From the human T2T-CHM13v2.0 reference genome, Homo sapiens, in NCBI RefSeq assembly GCF_009914755.1, contig NC_060927.1: a stretch of 64,000 nt of DNA; one strand, written 5' to 3'. Positions within the stretch are counted from its first letter, which is position 1; each line of letters opens with the position of its first letter. Below are positions 43,040 to 56,290 of the stretch, piece by piece. The notes under the pieces are model-generated. The model worked only from the letters and a program-made list of their open reading frames with translations. It was not told where the DNA came from and did not search any database. Made by a program: the position numbers and the translations under genes.

Positions 43040-44290
43040 AAAATCCTGATAGCCCAGCCACATGACAGAATGTTCCCAAAACATAGTAATTTGAAATAGC
43101 AAAATCATTTCTTTTTATCACAACTCTGAAATTTGGGAAGGTTTGACAGGGACAACTCTTCTGTGCTCCCATACAGGGTCCACTGGGGGTGACTCAAAAA
43201 GGGGCTGGAGGATCCACTTTCAAGTTGAAATACTTATAGCTGATGATACTTATGCTGCTTGGCAGGGAAGATTCAGACGGGGCCACTAACCTCAGTTCTT
43301 CTCCACCTGGGCCTCTCCTTGAGCTGCTGTGCTTTCCTGGGACATGGTGGTCATGTTCCTAAAGTGTCCCAAAAGAACCAGGCAGAAACAAATCACGTTT
43401 CATGGTTTGGCCTCTGAAGTCACAAAGTGCCACTTTCATCACAGTATAACAGCCCGTCCAAATCCAAGGAAAAGGAACATGTACCAAGATTTTAAATAAA
43501 TAAGTACCACATTTACCCTGTATTCAGATCATGTGGGATGGGAGATGTTTTGGCAGCCATTTTCAGAAAAGAGTATGTCACAGTTTATCTCCTGACCACA
43601 AAAATTTAGGTCCCTCCCATGTGTAGAATATATTCTCCTTTCCCATGAGGTCTATCCCATTACAACATCAGACTGAAGTCTACAATCTGTCATTTAATCA
43701 AGTACAGATGGGGATCAAGCTTTTGTGGACCTTTTACCCAGATACAGCTTTTCAAATACCATTTATCTTGACCTGAATAACAGAGAATTCAAAAAGATAA
43801 ATTATTTACCCCACCACACATATACAGTGCCAGGATAGGCCTCAGGGATAGGATAACTGTTATAAGCTCTATATTCAAAGAGAAGGAAATTTGAAGAACA
43901 CAACAGTTATCAGTATATTAAAAATATGAAATAAAGACAGGCACATATTGCCAGTTACTTGATTAAGACTTGAGTTTATTTCCTCTGAATTGTTCTCTAT
44001 AGCTCTTTTCTCCACGGAGTCCAAAGCAACTTTTTATTTTGTACTGTCTCTGGTATTTCCAAGTCTCTTTGATAAGTTCAAGCTGTTGCAATTTCTTCAA
44101 ATACTTTTGGGATTTTTGCCTATTGGTTTATAACCCACTCTGTTAGATAAAACCTACATCCATACTTTAAGGTAAGTCCTTTTCTACCTTGTTATCTACA
44201 TTAACTTTCTGTGGGGCAATGGCATGAAGGTTCCTAGAAGGCTTGTTGTTTAATAGACAGAGTTTGCAAGACATGCTCATAAATCTCTGT
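43040..44290 (-). mobile_element. Old MLT1 LTR plus MaLR internal relic
   Basis: GGGGCTGGAGGATCCACTTTCAAG, GGCCTCTGAAGTCACA, GGCAGCCATTTT, then MLT1-int-like sequence. Confidence 0.55.
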
Positions 44291-44297
44291 GAGGGGC

Positions 44298-44435
44298 CAT
44301 ATTAGTCTGTTCTCACACTGCTAATAAAGACATACCCAAGACTGAATAATTTATAAAGGAAAGGAGGTTTAATGGACTCACAGTTCCACATGGCTGGGGA
44401 GGCCTCACAATCATGGCGAAAGGTGAAGGAGGAGC
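44298..44435 (-). mobile_element. THE1 LTR fragment
   Basis: ATTAGTCTGTTCTCACACTGCTAATAAAGACATACCCAAGACTG...CTCACAATCATGGCGAAAGG, truncated. Confidence 0.88.
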
Positions 44436-44882
44436 CTTCATAAGTATATAAAGACCCAAAGTAGTGGGTAAATCTGTGTGTTTTTGTGATAGTTGTGATG
44501 AAAAGTGGATAGTCATGTGGAAGTATGGCTTGATAAAAAACTATAATTTAATGGTAATAAAATGGAGGAAATATAGATCTGTTAGTTCAGATTCTTCTCT
44601 ATGACCCAGTGTCTTCAGAAATAAATATGTTCTTTTCCTTGAGGGGTAGAGGGAACCTCTTACATTAAAGTCTTATAAACTGCTTCAGGAAAAGGTCAGA
44701 AAATCTTTCCTAGGTTTTATGACCTGCTTCAGGGGAGAAAGGCATGGTCAAGTTGAGGATGACCTTACTGCTTCTACTGTTTTCTCAAACATCAGGATGT
44801 CATATTTTGAGGTACCATGTCCTGAACTTCACTACCTACATATATTTTTATATACTGACACACATGTATATATGTATATATA

Positions 44883-45293
44883 CAGTTGACTGAAACAATT
44901 CCTCATGCAGTAGAAAATCTACCTATAACTTAACTTTCCCAAAATGTAACTACTTATAACTGACTATAGATTGCAAGCTTTACTGGTAACATAGTCAATT
45001 ACGAATATTTCATATGTTGTATGTATTACATAAAATATTTTTACTATATATTAAGCTAGAGAAAATGAAAATGCTATTAAGCTAATCATGAGGAAGAGAA
45101 AAATACATTTACTATTCATTAAGTGGAAGTTGATCTTCATAAACATCTTCATTCTTGATTTTCACATTGACCAGGCTAAGAAGAAGAAAGTAGAGGATTG
45201 GTCTGACTGCCTCAGGAAATGGCAAAAAGTGAAGAAAATCTGTATATAAGTGGACTTGCCCAGTTCAAACCCATGTTGTTGAAGGATCAACTG
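44883..45293. mobile_element. Tigger2-derived MITE (Tigger2a/MER28-like)
   Basis: Termini CAGTTGA...TCAACTG with TA on both sides; CAGTTCAAACCCATGTTGTT near the end. Confidence 0.85.
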
Positions 45294-46846
45294 TATACAT
45301 ATATCAACTGTTGTGTATGTATATATTCTTGTGTATATTCTACTTGGATATACACAGACTACTTAAAAAATATTACCCATATGGAAATATAATAATCTTT
45401 GCCTTTGTGAATAAGAGTAGGGGTCTGGGTACAAGGGAAAGTTACTTTTAATTTCATAAATTTGGGCTGTTAGATTATTTTACTGTATGCACGCATCATT
45501 CTTTCTTCATAAAATGCCAATTACAATGAATGTACTGTAATATATTAATTTTATAATAATACAAGTAATTCTGTATGACTCTAAAACCCTCCTTGTTTCC
45601 ATTGCTCCACAATGTGAACTGAAAGCTGCAAGCCTTAATCCTTTACCCTGATTCCTCAGGATTCACCATTAGGAAATATTATAAAAGTTGGGAAGAGCCA
45701 AAATCCTAGAGAGTAGAATCCAATCTCATAGTTTTTTAGCCTACCTATTGTTTCTGTATACCTAGTAGATATCCAAGAATAATTTGGTAATGCAATAAAA
45801 CAATAACAGTAAGTGAAATAAATACAGAATAGTAGAATGTTGCCATTTGTATGGTTGAAATACTTTTATTTAAAGAAAATATTACTTTTTGCCTGAAAAA
45901 CAAAGCTTCCCTAAAAATCAATTGCTTTGATACATGGTAGTAATATAAATATTTTTCTAATAGCTACAATTACCTTTGCTTTTCCAGTTCTATAGGCTAA
46001 ATATAGTTTGATTTTTGTGTATGTGACATTTTTGTGGGCTAGCTAAGTTCCCTGGAGGGACATTGTCTCTTTCCAGAGATTTATGTGGTCTGAATGGTAG
46101 GGATGATAAGCACTTGCTGTTCAATAGTGTAGTTAATACACAGCCTCAGGATAAGAGAGCACTGAAGCACCCCATACTCTGAGGTACAGTGGCTCTGCAG
46201 CAATCAACAGCACTGTTGCTTTTTCTGAGGAAATTTGCATCAAAATGCTTAGTCCACAGGGAGTTCAACATTCACTCACTGCTCACTGCCTAAAGAAAAC
46301 AGCTATTATGGTCATTTCCCAGTGTTTCAAGACAGAACAAAAAGCAAAGCAAAGAAAAGAAAACGAAACATTATTGTAAAAAGAATGGCAAGAGAAACAG
46401 AGCTGTCTTAATAGAAACATAATTCTGCCTTTAAGGTACACCTTAATAATCTACCAATTATGAGTTATTACCTTTCTCATAATGTACCATATTCATGGTA
46501 ATGCAATGGAGGAGACAGATCTATCTTTAATATTGAAAATTAATATTAATATGAAACCTTTCTTTTGTATTACTTACCTCATAAAGGATCTTATTTTCCT
46601 GCCTTTTTCCTATTTGTTTTCACTTATATTCAATAAAGGATATTTGAGGAGTTTTAGGGTCTGTTATAAGAAAATAAATGAATAAATGAAGAGAGGAAGG
46701 AGAGAAAAGGAGGAATTAGTGAAAGTTGATTTGGACTTTGTTTACACACACGTTTAGGTTAGTGCTCAAATTGCACTGTCCTATTTGTGTTTAAATATCT
46801 CAGAAGTATTTTTTTCAATTTTTGCTACAGACGCAGAATATTTTTC

Positions 46847-48808
46847 TGACCAAATAGTAGTCAGGTACCTCTGAATCCTCTTGCCAACTAGGCCTTAGAC
46901 TTTTGGCATGTCTTTGCATCACCTAATTTTGGAAGAATCCTGCTAAGTTAGTTTAGCAAGAATTCTGCTAAGTTTTATATATATATATATATTTATATAT
47001 ATATTCATATATATATTTATATATTTTTTATATATTTAATATTTTATATTAAATATATAAAAAAATATATATAAATTTATATATAAATATACAAACATAT
47101 ATATAAAATGTATATATTTTTATATATAAATATATAAATTTATATATTTTTATATATAAATATATATAATTTATATATATAAAATCTATAAATATATATA
47201 AATATATAATATATATAATATATAAATATATATAATATATAAATATATATAAATATATATAATATATATAATATATAAATATATATAATATATATAATAT
47301 ATAAATATATATAATATATATAATATATAATATATATAAATATATATAATATATATAATATATAAATATATTTAAATATATAAATATATATAATATATAA
47401 ATATATATAATATATATAATATATAAATATATATAAATATATATAATATATATAATATATAAATATATATAATATATATAATATATAAATATATATAAAT
47501 ATATAATATATATAATATATAAATATATATAATATATCTACTATATAAATATATATAAATATATAATATATAATATATAAATATATATAATATATAAATA
47601 TATATAAATGTATAATATATATAATATATAAATATATATAAATATATAATATATATAATATATATAATATATATAAATATATATAATATATAATATAGAT
47701 AATATATATAAATATATTTAATATATATTATATATATAATATATATAATATATAATATATATATTATATTATATATATAATATATATAATATATAATATA
47801 TATAATATATTATATATATAATATATATAATATATTATATATATAATATATATAATATATAATATATATAATATATATAAATATATATAATATATATAAA
47901 TATATATAAATATATATAATATATATAATATATATAAAATATATAAATATATATAATATATAATATATATAAATATATATAATATATAATATATATAAAT
48001 ATATATAAATATATATAAAATATATATAAATATATAAATATATAAATATATATAAAAATATATATAAATATATATAAATATATAAAAAAATATATATAAA
48101 TATATATAAATATATAAAAATATATATATAAATATATATAAATATAAATAAAATATATAAATATATAAAAAATATATTTACTTATATATAATATTTATAT
48201 ATAAATATATAAAAAATATATATATAAATATTATATATAAATATATAAAAATATATATATTTATATATAATATTATATATAAATATATAAAAATATATAT
48301 ATTTATATATAATATTATATATAAACAAATGGTGTGTATATATAAATATATATAAATATATATATAAATGAATGAATTTATATATATAAATTCTGCTAGA
48401 TTATATATATATAAATGAAGTATAATATATATATGTACATCCCACCCTCATATTTGGTCACCTTCAATATCTGGTCAGGGCTCTTATCCTCCACCATAGC
48501 CCAGGTGATGTCTGATTACTGTGGCCTGACTTCAGCAAGAATCCTGTTAGGGCGATTTAACCAGAATCTCCTCTTACCCCTGATGTTTCCTCTTGGTGCT
48601 TTTCATTCACCCACCCCTGCTCCTCGGCTATAAATTCCTACCATTCCTTGTTGTATTCAGAGTTGAGCCTAATCTTACCCCTTTACTGTAAATCCCACTC
48701 CAGTAGTCCCTATACCTATTATGATAGTCCCCTGCCTTACGGTTTTAATAAATAGTATAAATAAAACCTGCCTTACTGTTTTAATGTATCATGAATTTTT
48801 TTTAACAA
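46847..48808 (+). mobile_element. MER31-type LTR split by an A/T array
   Basis: AAGAATCCTGCTAAGTTAGTTTAGC before the array; CAGCAAGAATCCTGTTAGG, GGCTATAAATTCC, GAGTTGAGCCTAATCT after it. Confidence 0.75.
46975..48435. repeat. ~1.45-kb A/T-only degenerate tandem array
   Basis: Units such as ATATATA, ATATATAA and ATATATATA with very few G/C. Confidence 0.98.
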
Positions 48809-49805
48809 TGCAATGCGATTTCTTCTTTCAAACAAAAAAAAGTCAACAAGAATTAAAATAAGAAAAACTAACGTTTAGTTTAACTAGATAGAGTTCCAAA
48901 AGAATGCTACAATCCAAAGACAGCATTTATTAATAACAGTAAAGATAAGGTGAGGTAAAATAAGGTTGTCTATAACAGATGCTGCAGACACTAAGTAAAG
49001 CCCTTGTCCCCAGGTAGTTTGCATGTCCAGAAGACTCAAACAAGCATGCTGCCTCATGCTGCTGAGTGCAAGAGGAATGAGGTAGAACCAGGAAACTTCC
49101 AGACATGTCAAGTGTGAAAGAATAAGACTTTCTTTTTGCAGGATAAAAGGGAAAATGTGGGCAACAAAGAAGCTCTGCAATTGATTTAGGATGGCTTAAG
49201 AGTCTACCTGATACATGAATATGAAGCTTCCCTGCTAGTTGAACCTTAATTCCTACCAGCCTCGGGGAGAAACATGCAAAAGCAGAGTGTGGGTGAGAAT
49301 GGGCTGTGCCACAGACTACAACCCAAGTCCCTGCTGACCAGGCTCTGCTTCACATGCTTCTCCCCTCACACATTCAATCATTTGTTGGATTATTATGTTA
49401 TGAGTATGAACCTACAGGAAACCAATATTAGTACTACATTCAGATGGGAGAAAGAGAGGCAAGTATGTAAATTATAAGAAGAAACATAACAAATATATAA
49501 ACCACAAAGAAATTAAAAAATATGCCACTACTCAATTATGTTATAGTACTGAAAGAAAATATATTATCTCTAAAGGAAGATCTCAAAGAAAAGAGAAAAG
49601 GGCTCCAAAAAGATATAGCAAAACAACAGAAAGAGTGAAATGGTTTAGTAATGCCAAGGAAGCAATAGTAGAAAAACTAATAGGGAATTACAACTATAGC
49701 AAAAAAGATAATAGGTGCGGCCAAATTTGAGAGTAATCCTGTTGTATAAATATTCTAGAGACCCTCTCACAATAAAACATTTTCAAATAATATCTGAGAT
49801 ATTTT

Positions 49806-50390
49806 ATTTTTAATTTTTTTTCAGGTTTCTCAAGATATAATTGATAAATGGAAATTGTACATATTTAAGAGGTATGACTTAGTGTTTTAATACATGTATG
49901 CATGGTGAAATGATCACCACCATCATGCTAATTGACATAATCATAACCTCACATTATTACTATTTTCTTTGTGTGTGCATGTGTGTGTGTATGTGTGTAT
50001 GGTGAGAATATTAAGACATGTCCTCTTAGCAAATTTCAAATACATAGTACAGTATTGTTATTACTATACTCACCATGCTCTACGTTAGATCTCCAGAAGT
50101 CATTCATCTTACATAACTGACACTTTGTTCCCTTGACCAACTTCTCACTCTCCTCTGCCCCCTGGCAACCATCATCTAACCATTCTACTCTTTGTTTCTA
50201 TAAGTTTGACTATTTTAGATTCCACATGTAAGTAAGAGTATGCTCTGTTTGTCTGTGTCTGGTTTATTTCACATAGCATAATATCTTCAAGGTACATTTA
50301 TGTTGTTACAAATGGCAGAATTTCCTTCCTTTTTTGAAACAGAATAATATTTCATTGTATATATGCAACATTTTCTTTATCCTTTTGTCC
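49806..50390 (-). mobile_element. L1MA-type 3' end
   Basis: T-rich tail, AAATTGTACATATTTAAG, TTAGATTCCACATGTAAGT, GAATAATATTTCATTGTATAT. Confidence 0.88.
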
Positions 50391-50398
50391 TTTTTTGC

Positions 50399-51309
50399 TT
50401 CAATAAATGGTTTAAGGTAAACTGGGTATTCACATTCAGAAGAATAAAAATGGACCCTTATCTCACACCATATACAAAAATGAACCCAAAATGAATAACA
50501 GATTAAAGACTAGGACCTGAAACTGTAAAATTACCAAAAAATAAAATGAAATAAGGAGAAACCTTCTTGGCATTGGTCTTGGCAATAATTTTTTCAGTTG
50601 CAAAACCAAAAGCACAGGCAACAGAAACAAAAATAGACAAGTTGGATTTCATCAAACTAAAAAGCTTCTGCGCAGCAGTAAAAACAATAAGCAGAGTGAA
50701 AAGGCAACCTATAGAATAAAAGAGAATGTTTGCAAATCATTTATCTGATAAGAGGTTAATATCTAAAATATATAAGAAACTCATACAACTCAATAGCAAA
50801 AACACAAATAACTAGAATTTAAAAGTGGGCAAGTGACCTGAATACATATTTCTCAAAAGAAGACATGCAAATTTCAAAATGGTACATGAAAAGATGCTCT
50901 ACATCCATATTAGTCGTTTTTATGCTTTTGATAAAGACATACTTGAGACTGGGCAATTTACTAAAGAAAGAGGTTTAATTGGACTTACAGTTCCACGTGG
51001 CTGGGGAAGCCTCACAATCATGGTGGAAGGCAAGGAGGAGCAAGTCATGTCTCACATGGATGGCAGCAGGCAAAGAGAGAGAGCTTGTAGAGGGGAACTC
51101 CTCTTTTTAAACCTGTCAGATCTTGTGAGACTTATTCACTATCACAAAAGAGTGAGCACAGGAAAGACTTGCCCCCATGATTCAATTACCTCCCACTGGG
51201 TCCCTCCCACAAGAGCCAAACCATATCAATGTCACTAACCATTAGTGAAGAGCAAATCAAAACCAAGATGAGATAATACCTTACTCCTGTTAGAATGGCT
51301 ATTATCAAA
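50399..51309 (+). mobile_element. L1 ORF2 3' segment in the opposite orientation (probable inverted part of the same L1)
   Basis: GGACCCTTATCTCACACCATATACAAAAA, CATCAAACTAAAAAGCTTCTGC, GTTAGAATGGCTATTATCAAA. Confidence 0.88.
50906..51228 (-). mobile_element. THE1 (THE1B-like) solo LTR nested in L1
   Basis: Ends AGCCAAACCATATCA; TSD ACATC/ATGTC (both derivable from ACGTC by CpG decay); small internal deletion. Confidence 0.92.
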
Positions 51310-51449
51310 TAGCTAATATAGTTTAAGTGCATTAACTGAACTTAAAAACAGAAAATTTAAAATTCACACATCATAAAAAATAAGCATGATCAGTCATGAC
51401 TCTAGGTAGTAAGCCAATGATAAACCCTCAGGGTTTGTGCTATGCCTGG

Positions 51450-51889
51450 TGATATGGTTTGTAACTGTGTCCCCACCAAATCTCATTTCGAATTATAATC
51501 CTCACCAAATCTCATTTCGAATTATAATCCCCATTGTTGGAGGTGGGGCCTAGTGGGAGTTGATTGGATCATGGGGAAGGAGTTTTCATGAATGATTTAG
51601 CACCATCCTCTTCGTGCTATTCTCCTGATAGTAAGTGAATGAGTTATCGGGAGGTCTGGATGTTTTAAAAGTGTATAGCACCTCCCCCCTCTCTCTCTCT
51701 TCCTCCTGCTCCAGCCTTGTGAGAAACCTCGCTCCCCTTTGCCTTCCACCGTGATTACAAGTTTCCTGAGCACCCCCAGAAGCTGATTCCTCCATGCCTG
51801 TAGAACCATGAGCCAATTGAACCTATTTTCTTTATAAATTATGTAGGCTCAGGTATTTCTTTATAGCAATGCAAGAATAAACTAATACA
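51450..51889 (+). mobile_element. MSTA/B-type solo LTR
   Basis: TGATATGGTTTG...AACTAATACA; TSD CCTGG/CCTGA. Confidence 0.9.
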
Positions 51890-52929
51890 CCTGATAACCC
51901 AGAGCTTTGGGTTTTAATAGCTACACAGGGTATAGATAAAATGGGAAACTAGAACTAAGTCTCCAGATAAAGTTGAAATTCAATGTACTACAACATACAG
52001 AATTTTAAATCTTCCAACAGTAATATTTTTAGTTTATATCTAGACAAAAGGATGAAAGTCAAGGATTATTAGAAAGAGAAAATAATGTTTTAAATTCCTT
52101 AAATGACACTTAAGGAAGCCATGAGTTCATATAAATGATACTACTTGAAGAGAACATGTGGTAGAATTATACCAGTGATTTGGAGAAATCTAAAATACTG
52201 TGGATAATGGCATATTTTTTAAAGTATAGCATAGCAGAGTCTTCAAGGCCCCCAGTCAGCCATTTAACATGTTGAAAAACAGTAATGCAGCATGTTTTGA
52301 ATGGACCTATCTATCCAAGTTGCATAAGTATTGCAGTATAGTCTAAATGTCCAGTGTATCACAACTGGGAAAGCACTGCACATAGAAGTGCTGAGAGGAC
52401 CAGAAGACGAATCAAGGTCTGTGACCATGATAAAAAAAGAGCTCAGTTTTTAAAGACTTCACAGCCAAGAGCACCCTGCCAAGATGCTCAGTTTTTAGCA
52501 TGATGCCATGAAGAACCTGGCAAGCTGCATTGATCATCCATGGTCCAGTGCAAAAGCCTCAGCTTTCAAATCTCACTATTTTCTTACAGTCAAAACTACC
52601 AAGGACACATAGAACACATAAATCCACAAACACAGTCAACAATCTATTCCTCATTCAAGTGAAATGGCAGAAACCTTACACTACAACCAGACACTCTTTG
52701 CAAAAAGAAGGGTGAAGAAAAACCTTGACAAACAAACTCAGTAGAGTTTAGAGACTGATAAGTTGAGACAGATACTTTTAAGTTCAAGAATATTTTACCC
52801 TGAAATTAAGTGGGATGGGTTTCAAGAGTAAAATTGTAGATAATTATGTGAAAATTATAAAAATTAATTAAACTAAAGAGCAAAGTATTTTTACATCACA
52901 TAATTTGTGGTATAACAATTTTCCCTGCT

Positions 52930-53900
52930 ATACACCGATATTCTTTCTTTGGTACATTTGCCTAAGCTCCCCACAAAGTCAGACTTTTTAAAGTAATCCT
53001 GACCTTGTGGTCATGTTCTTTCTCTGCGTCTCATTGTCTTAAAGTCCTAAATTCTTAACATGGCTTATACAGCCCCTACTTAATATCTTGAATGCTGTGG
53101 TTTAAATGTATGTGTCCCTCCAAAATTCTTACGTGGAATTTACCTGCCAAGGTGATGATATCAAAAGATGGCACCCATGAGAGGTGATTAGATAATGTGA
53201 GACATTAATTCCCTTGTAAAAGCAGCTTAACACAATTGCCTCCCTCTTCCATCTCTTTCATCATGTGAGTGCATAACGTTTCTCATGTCTGGGGTACATA
53301 GAAACAAGGAGCCTTCTCGGAAAAAGAGACCAGGCCCTCCTTATACACTGAACCTTCTTGCACCTTAATCATGGACTTCTCAGTCTCCAGAGCTGTGGGA
53401 AATAAATTCCTGTGATGTATTTTGTTATAGTACCACAAGTAGACTAAGACACCCAACTTACACCATAGCCCACTGGTGTCCTGTTTTGCTTTTTTTTTAA
53501 TTCTTCCAAGAAACCATGATGCTTCCAAATTAAAAACCTTGGCACACAGTTTTCTATTTGCTTGGATCCTTTTCTCCTTCCTCTACTCATAATTAACTCC
53601 TGATCTTTACTAAGAGATCAGCTGAGTTGTCATTTCCTCCAGGTAGACTCCTCTCATAAACTCTGACTAGGGGTTGTTCTTTAATGCATTCTCATGGATA
53701 GATCTCTATTTCCTTGATAGTGTTTATCACAATTGCAATAAAAAATACCTCCAAAATTCATTATTTAAAATTGCTCTTCTCACTAAAATGAGGTTTAGAA
53801 ACTTTGAGTTAGTTGTTCACCACAGTATCCCTTGTGCCTCTACATGATATCTTATAGTAAGGAATATTTATGAAGGAATATGTATGAATAAATGAATAAC
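52930..53900 (+). mobile_element. L2 3' region interrupted by an MST/MLT1A-type LTR (53093-53451)
   Basis: AAAGTCCTAAATTCTTAACATGGCTTA, TCACCACAGTATCCC, ATGAATAAATGAAT tail; nested TGCTGTGGTTTAAATG...GACTAAGACA. Confidence 0.7.
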
Positions 53901-54369
53901 ATGAGTTAATACATGCTATATCCCTACCTCTGTCATCTTCAGTATTCAACGTGTTTCAATGTTCTGTTTCTAATCATCTACCAAATCTGCTCTCATTAAC
54001 GTCACTGTTATCTCCTTGTTGCTGCATATAAGATTTTGTAGCCCTCATGTTAGTAAACCCTCTGATGTATGTTCTGGAGACCACAATCTCCTTGAAAACC
54101 TTATGTGGAACCATTGTATATAAGGAAAAATAACCCAATGAGAAACAAAGTACCACATGACTAATAGACAAAAAAAAAAAAAAAATCACTCACACAATCC
54201 AGGTCTTACTTGTAAAAAATTGTATTTGAAAACACTACTAAGACCTGGAAACTGAAGTAAATCCCTCTGAATTTACAGTATTTCAATGTGAAAAACAAGC
54301 TGAAGCATAAGTTTTATCTACCTAGTATCCACATAGAGTTACAGAAATAGAAGCAATAAAGCACAAAGT

Positions 54370-54887
54370 TAGGCAGCCTTCTAACATGATCCCCTGTGTA
54401 ATCCATTGTCCTGGGGATGGGCTGGATCTAGTGAGTAGCTTCCAACAAATACGGTACAAATCGAATACAGCAAAAGTGGTCATGTCATTTCCTCGATTAA
54501 GTTACAAGAAACTGTATCTTCCTTTTTACTGAAACTCACTCTGTCTCTCTTGTTCACTTTGATAAACCCAGCTGCCATGTGGTAAGCGGCTATGGAGAGA
54601 TCCACACGGCAAGGAACTAAGGGTGGACTTCGGCCAACAGCCAGTGATGTACTGAGGCTCTCAGTTCAATTGCCCATAAGTAACTGAATCTTGCCAACAA
54701 CCACTGAATGAGTTTGGAAACAAACCCTGCCTCAGGCAAATCCTGAGTAGACTGTACCAACAGCTGATGCCTTGATTAAGGACTTGTGAGAGGCCCTAAG
54801 CTATGCCAACATTTATTCCTGCCCCACAGAAACTGTGAAATGCTAAATATGTACTTTTTAAGCTGCTAATATTTGAGGACAATTTGT

Positions 54888-54890
<3 letters not shown>
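54370..54890 (+). mobile_element. MLT1F-type LTR
   Basis: CCAGCTGCCATGTGG, GGCAAGGAACT, GCCAACAACCAC, CCACAGAAACTGTGA, TTTAAGCTGCTAA. Confidence 0.8.

Positions 54891-54923
<33 letters not shown>
54889..54923. repeat. (CA)n microsatellite
   Basis: Directly visible. Confidence 0.95.
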
Positions 54924-54925
<2 letters not shown>

Positions 54926-55453
54926 CTAGTCCATGGAGGCAGGTCCTACTATTCAAAATATAGAAGGCAGAAATGGGAAAAGTGGGCATCATGCATGGAT
55001 GCTGACCTTTTAAAGTACAGCACATCATCCCTTTTATATTCATTCCTCTCACATTTTTAGCCCACCAAATACCCAACTATAAACAATCAAGTAAATAACT
55101 CCTATATTGTCCAGCATAATTCATGGAGATTTTACGGTAGACGTACTAATAAGATAATAAATGCTCAAAACTTAAAACCATTTCTCATTATTAAACTCCC
55201 AAAGTGACATTAAAACCCACAAATAAAGTCACATTCCTTTATAGAATTTAATGACAAAATAAATTACACTACAGCATGTTTTTCCCCTAAAATTTTATAT
55301 TTTGTTCAGTTTAAGCCAAAATGAGCAATATTCTGATGTCTGGGTAGAAGTGTGGTTCTTTACTCAGCAGTGAAACTTGACATATTCTTTACTGAAGTAA
55401 AAGGTACTTCTTCCACCTCTCCAAAGTTAAGTCTCTCCTCATATGTCTCTACA

Positions 55454-55863
55454 TGTTAGCATTAGTTTGCTAGGGCTGCCATGACAAAATACCACAGCCT
55501 GGGTAGCTTAGTGACAGAAACTTATTTTCTTGCATTTCCAGAGGCTAAAATCTGAGATCAATGTGTCAATAGTTTGTTGTTGTTGTTTGTTTGTCTGTTT
55601 TCTTCCTGAGGCCTCTCTTTCTGGTTTACAAATGGTTATCTTCTCCCTGTGTTTTCACATGGTATTTCCTTTGTCTGTGTCTGTGTCTTAATCTCCTCTG
55701 GACATAAGGGCACCTGTCACATTGGGTTGGGGTGCACCATATGACCTCATTTTACCTTAATTACCTTTTGAAATGTCCTATCTCTATATGTAGCTACATT
55801 CTGAGGTACTTGGGGTTACAACTTCGATATGGATTCTGAGGGAGCACAATTCTGCCCATAACA
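55454..55863 (-). mobile_element. MLT1B/C-type LTR
   Basis: TTAGTTTGCTAGGGCTGCCATGACAAAATACCACAG...CATTCTGAGGTACT...CCCATAACA. Confidence 0.85.
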
Positions 55864-55983
55864 GTGACCATCAATTCCATGCATCAAAATGGATAATAGA
55901 ATATGTAAATTTAATACCAGCCTCAATCACTATAAAATATAAAACCAAACGTAACCACTGCAGCAAAAAATATATTTGTTTCA

Positions 55984-56290
55984 TTTTTATTTACTTACGT
56001 ATTTATTTTGAGACAGGATCTCACTCTGTCCCCCAGGCTGTAGAGTAGTGGCATGATCATATTTCATTGCAGCCTCTAACTCCTGGGCTCAAGAGTTTCT
56101 CCTGCCTCAGCCTCCTGAGGTAAGACTACAGGCACATGCCTCCGTGCCTAGGTATTTTTAAGAAATATTGTTTGTAGAGACACAGTCTGTCTATGTTGCC
56201 CAGCTGGTCTCAAACTCCTGAGCTCAAGCAATCCTCCTGCCTCAGCCTCCCAAAGTGCTAGGATTATAGGCTTGAGCCACATGCCCAGCC
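55984..56290 (-). mobile_element. AluJ
   Basis: GAGACAGGATCTCACTCTG...CTCCTGAGCTCAAGCAATCCTCC...CCCAGCC. Confidence 0.93.
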
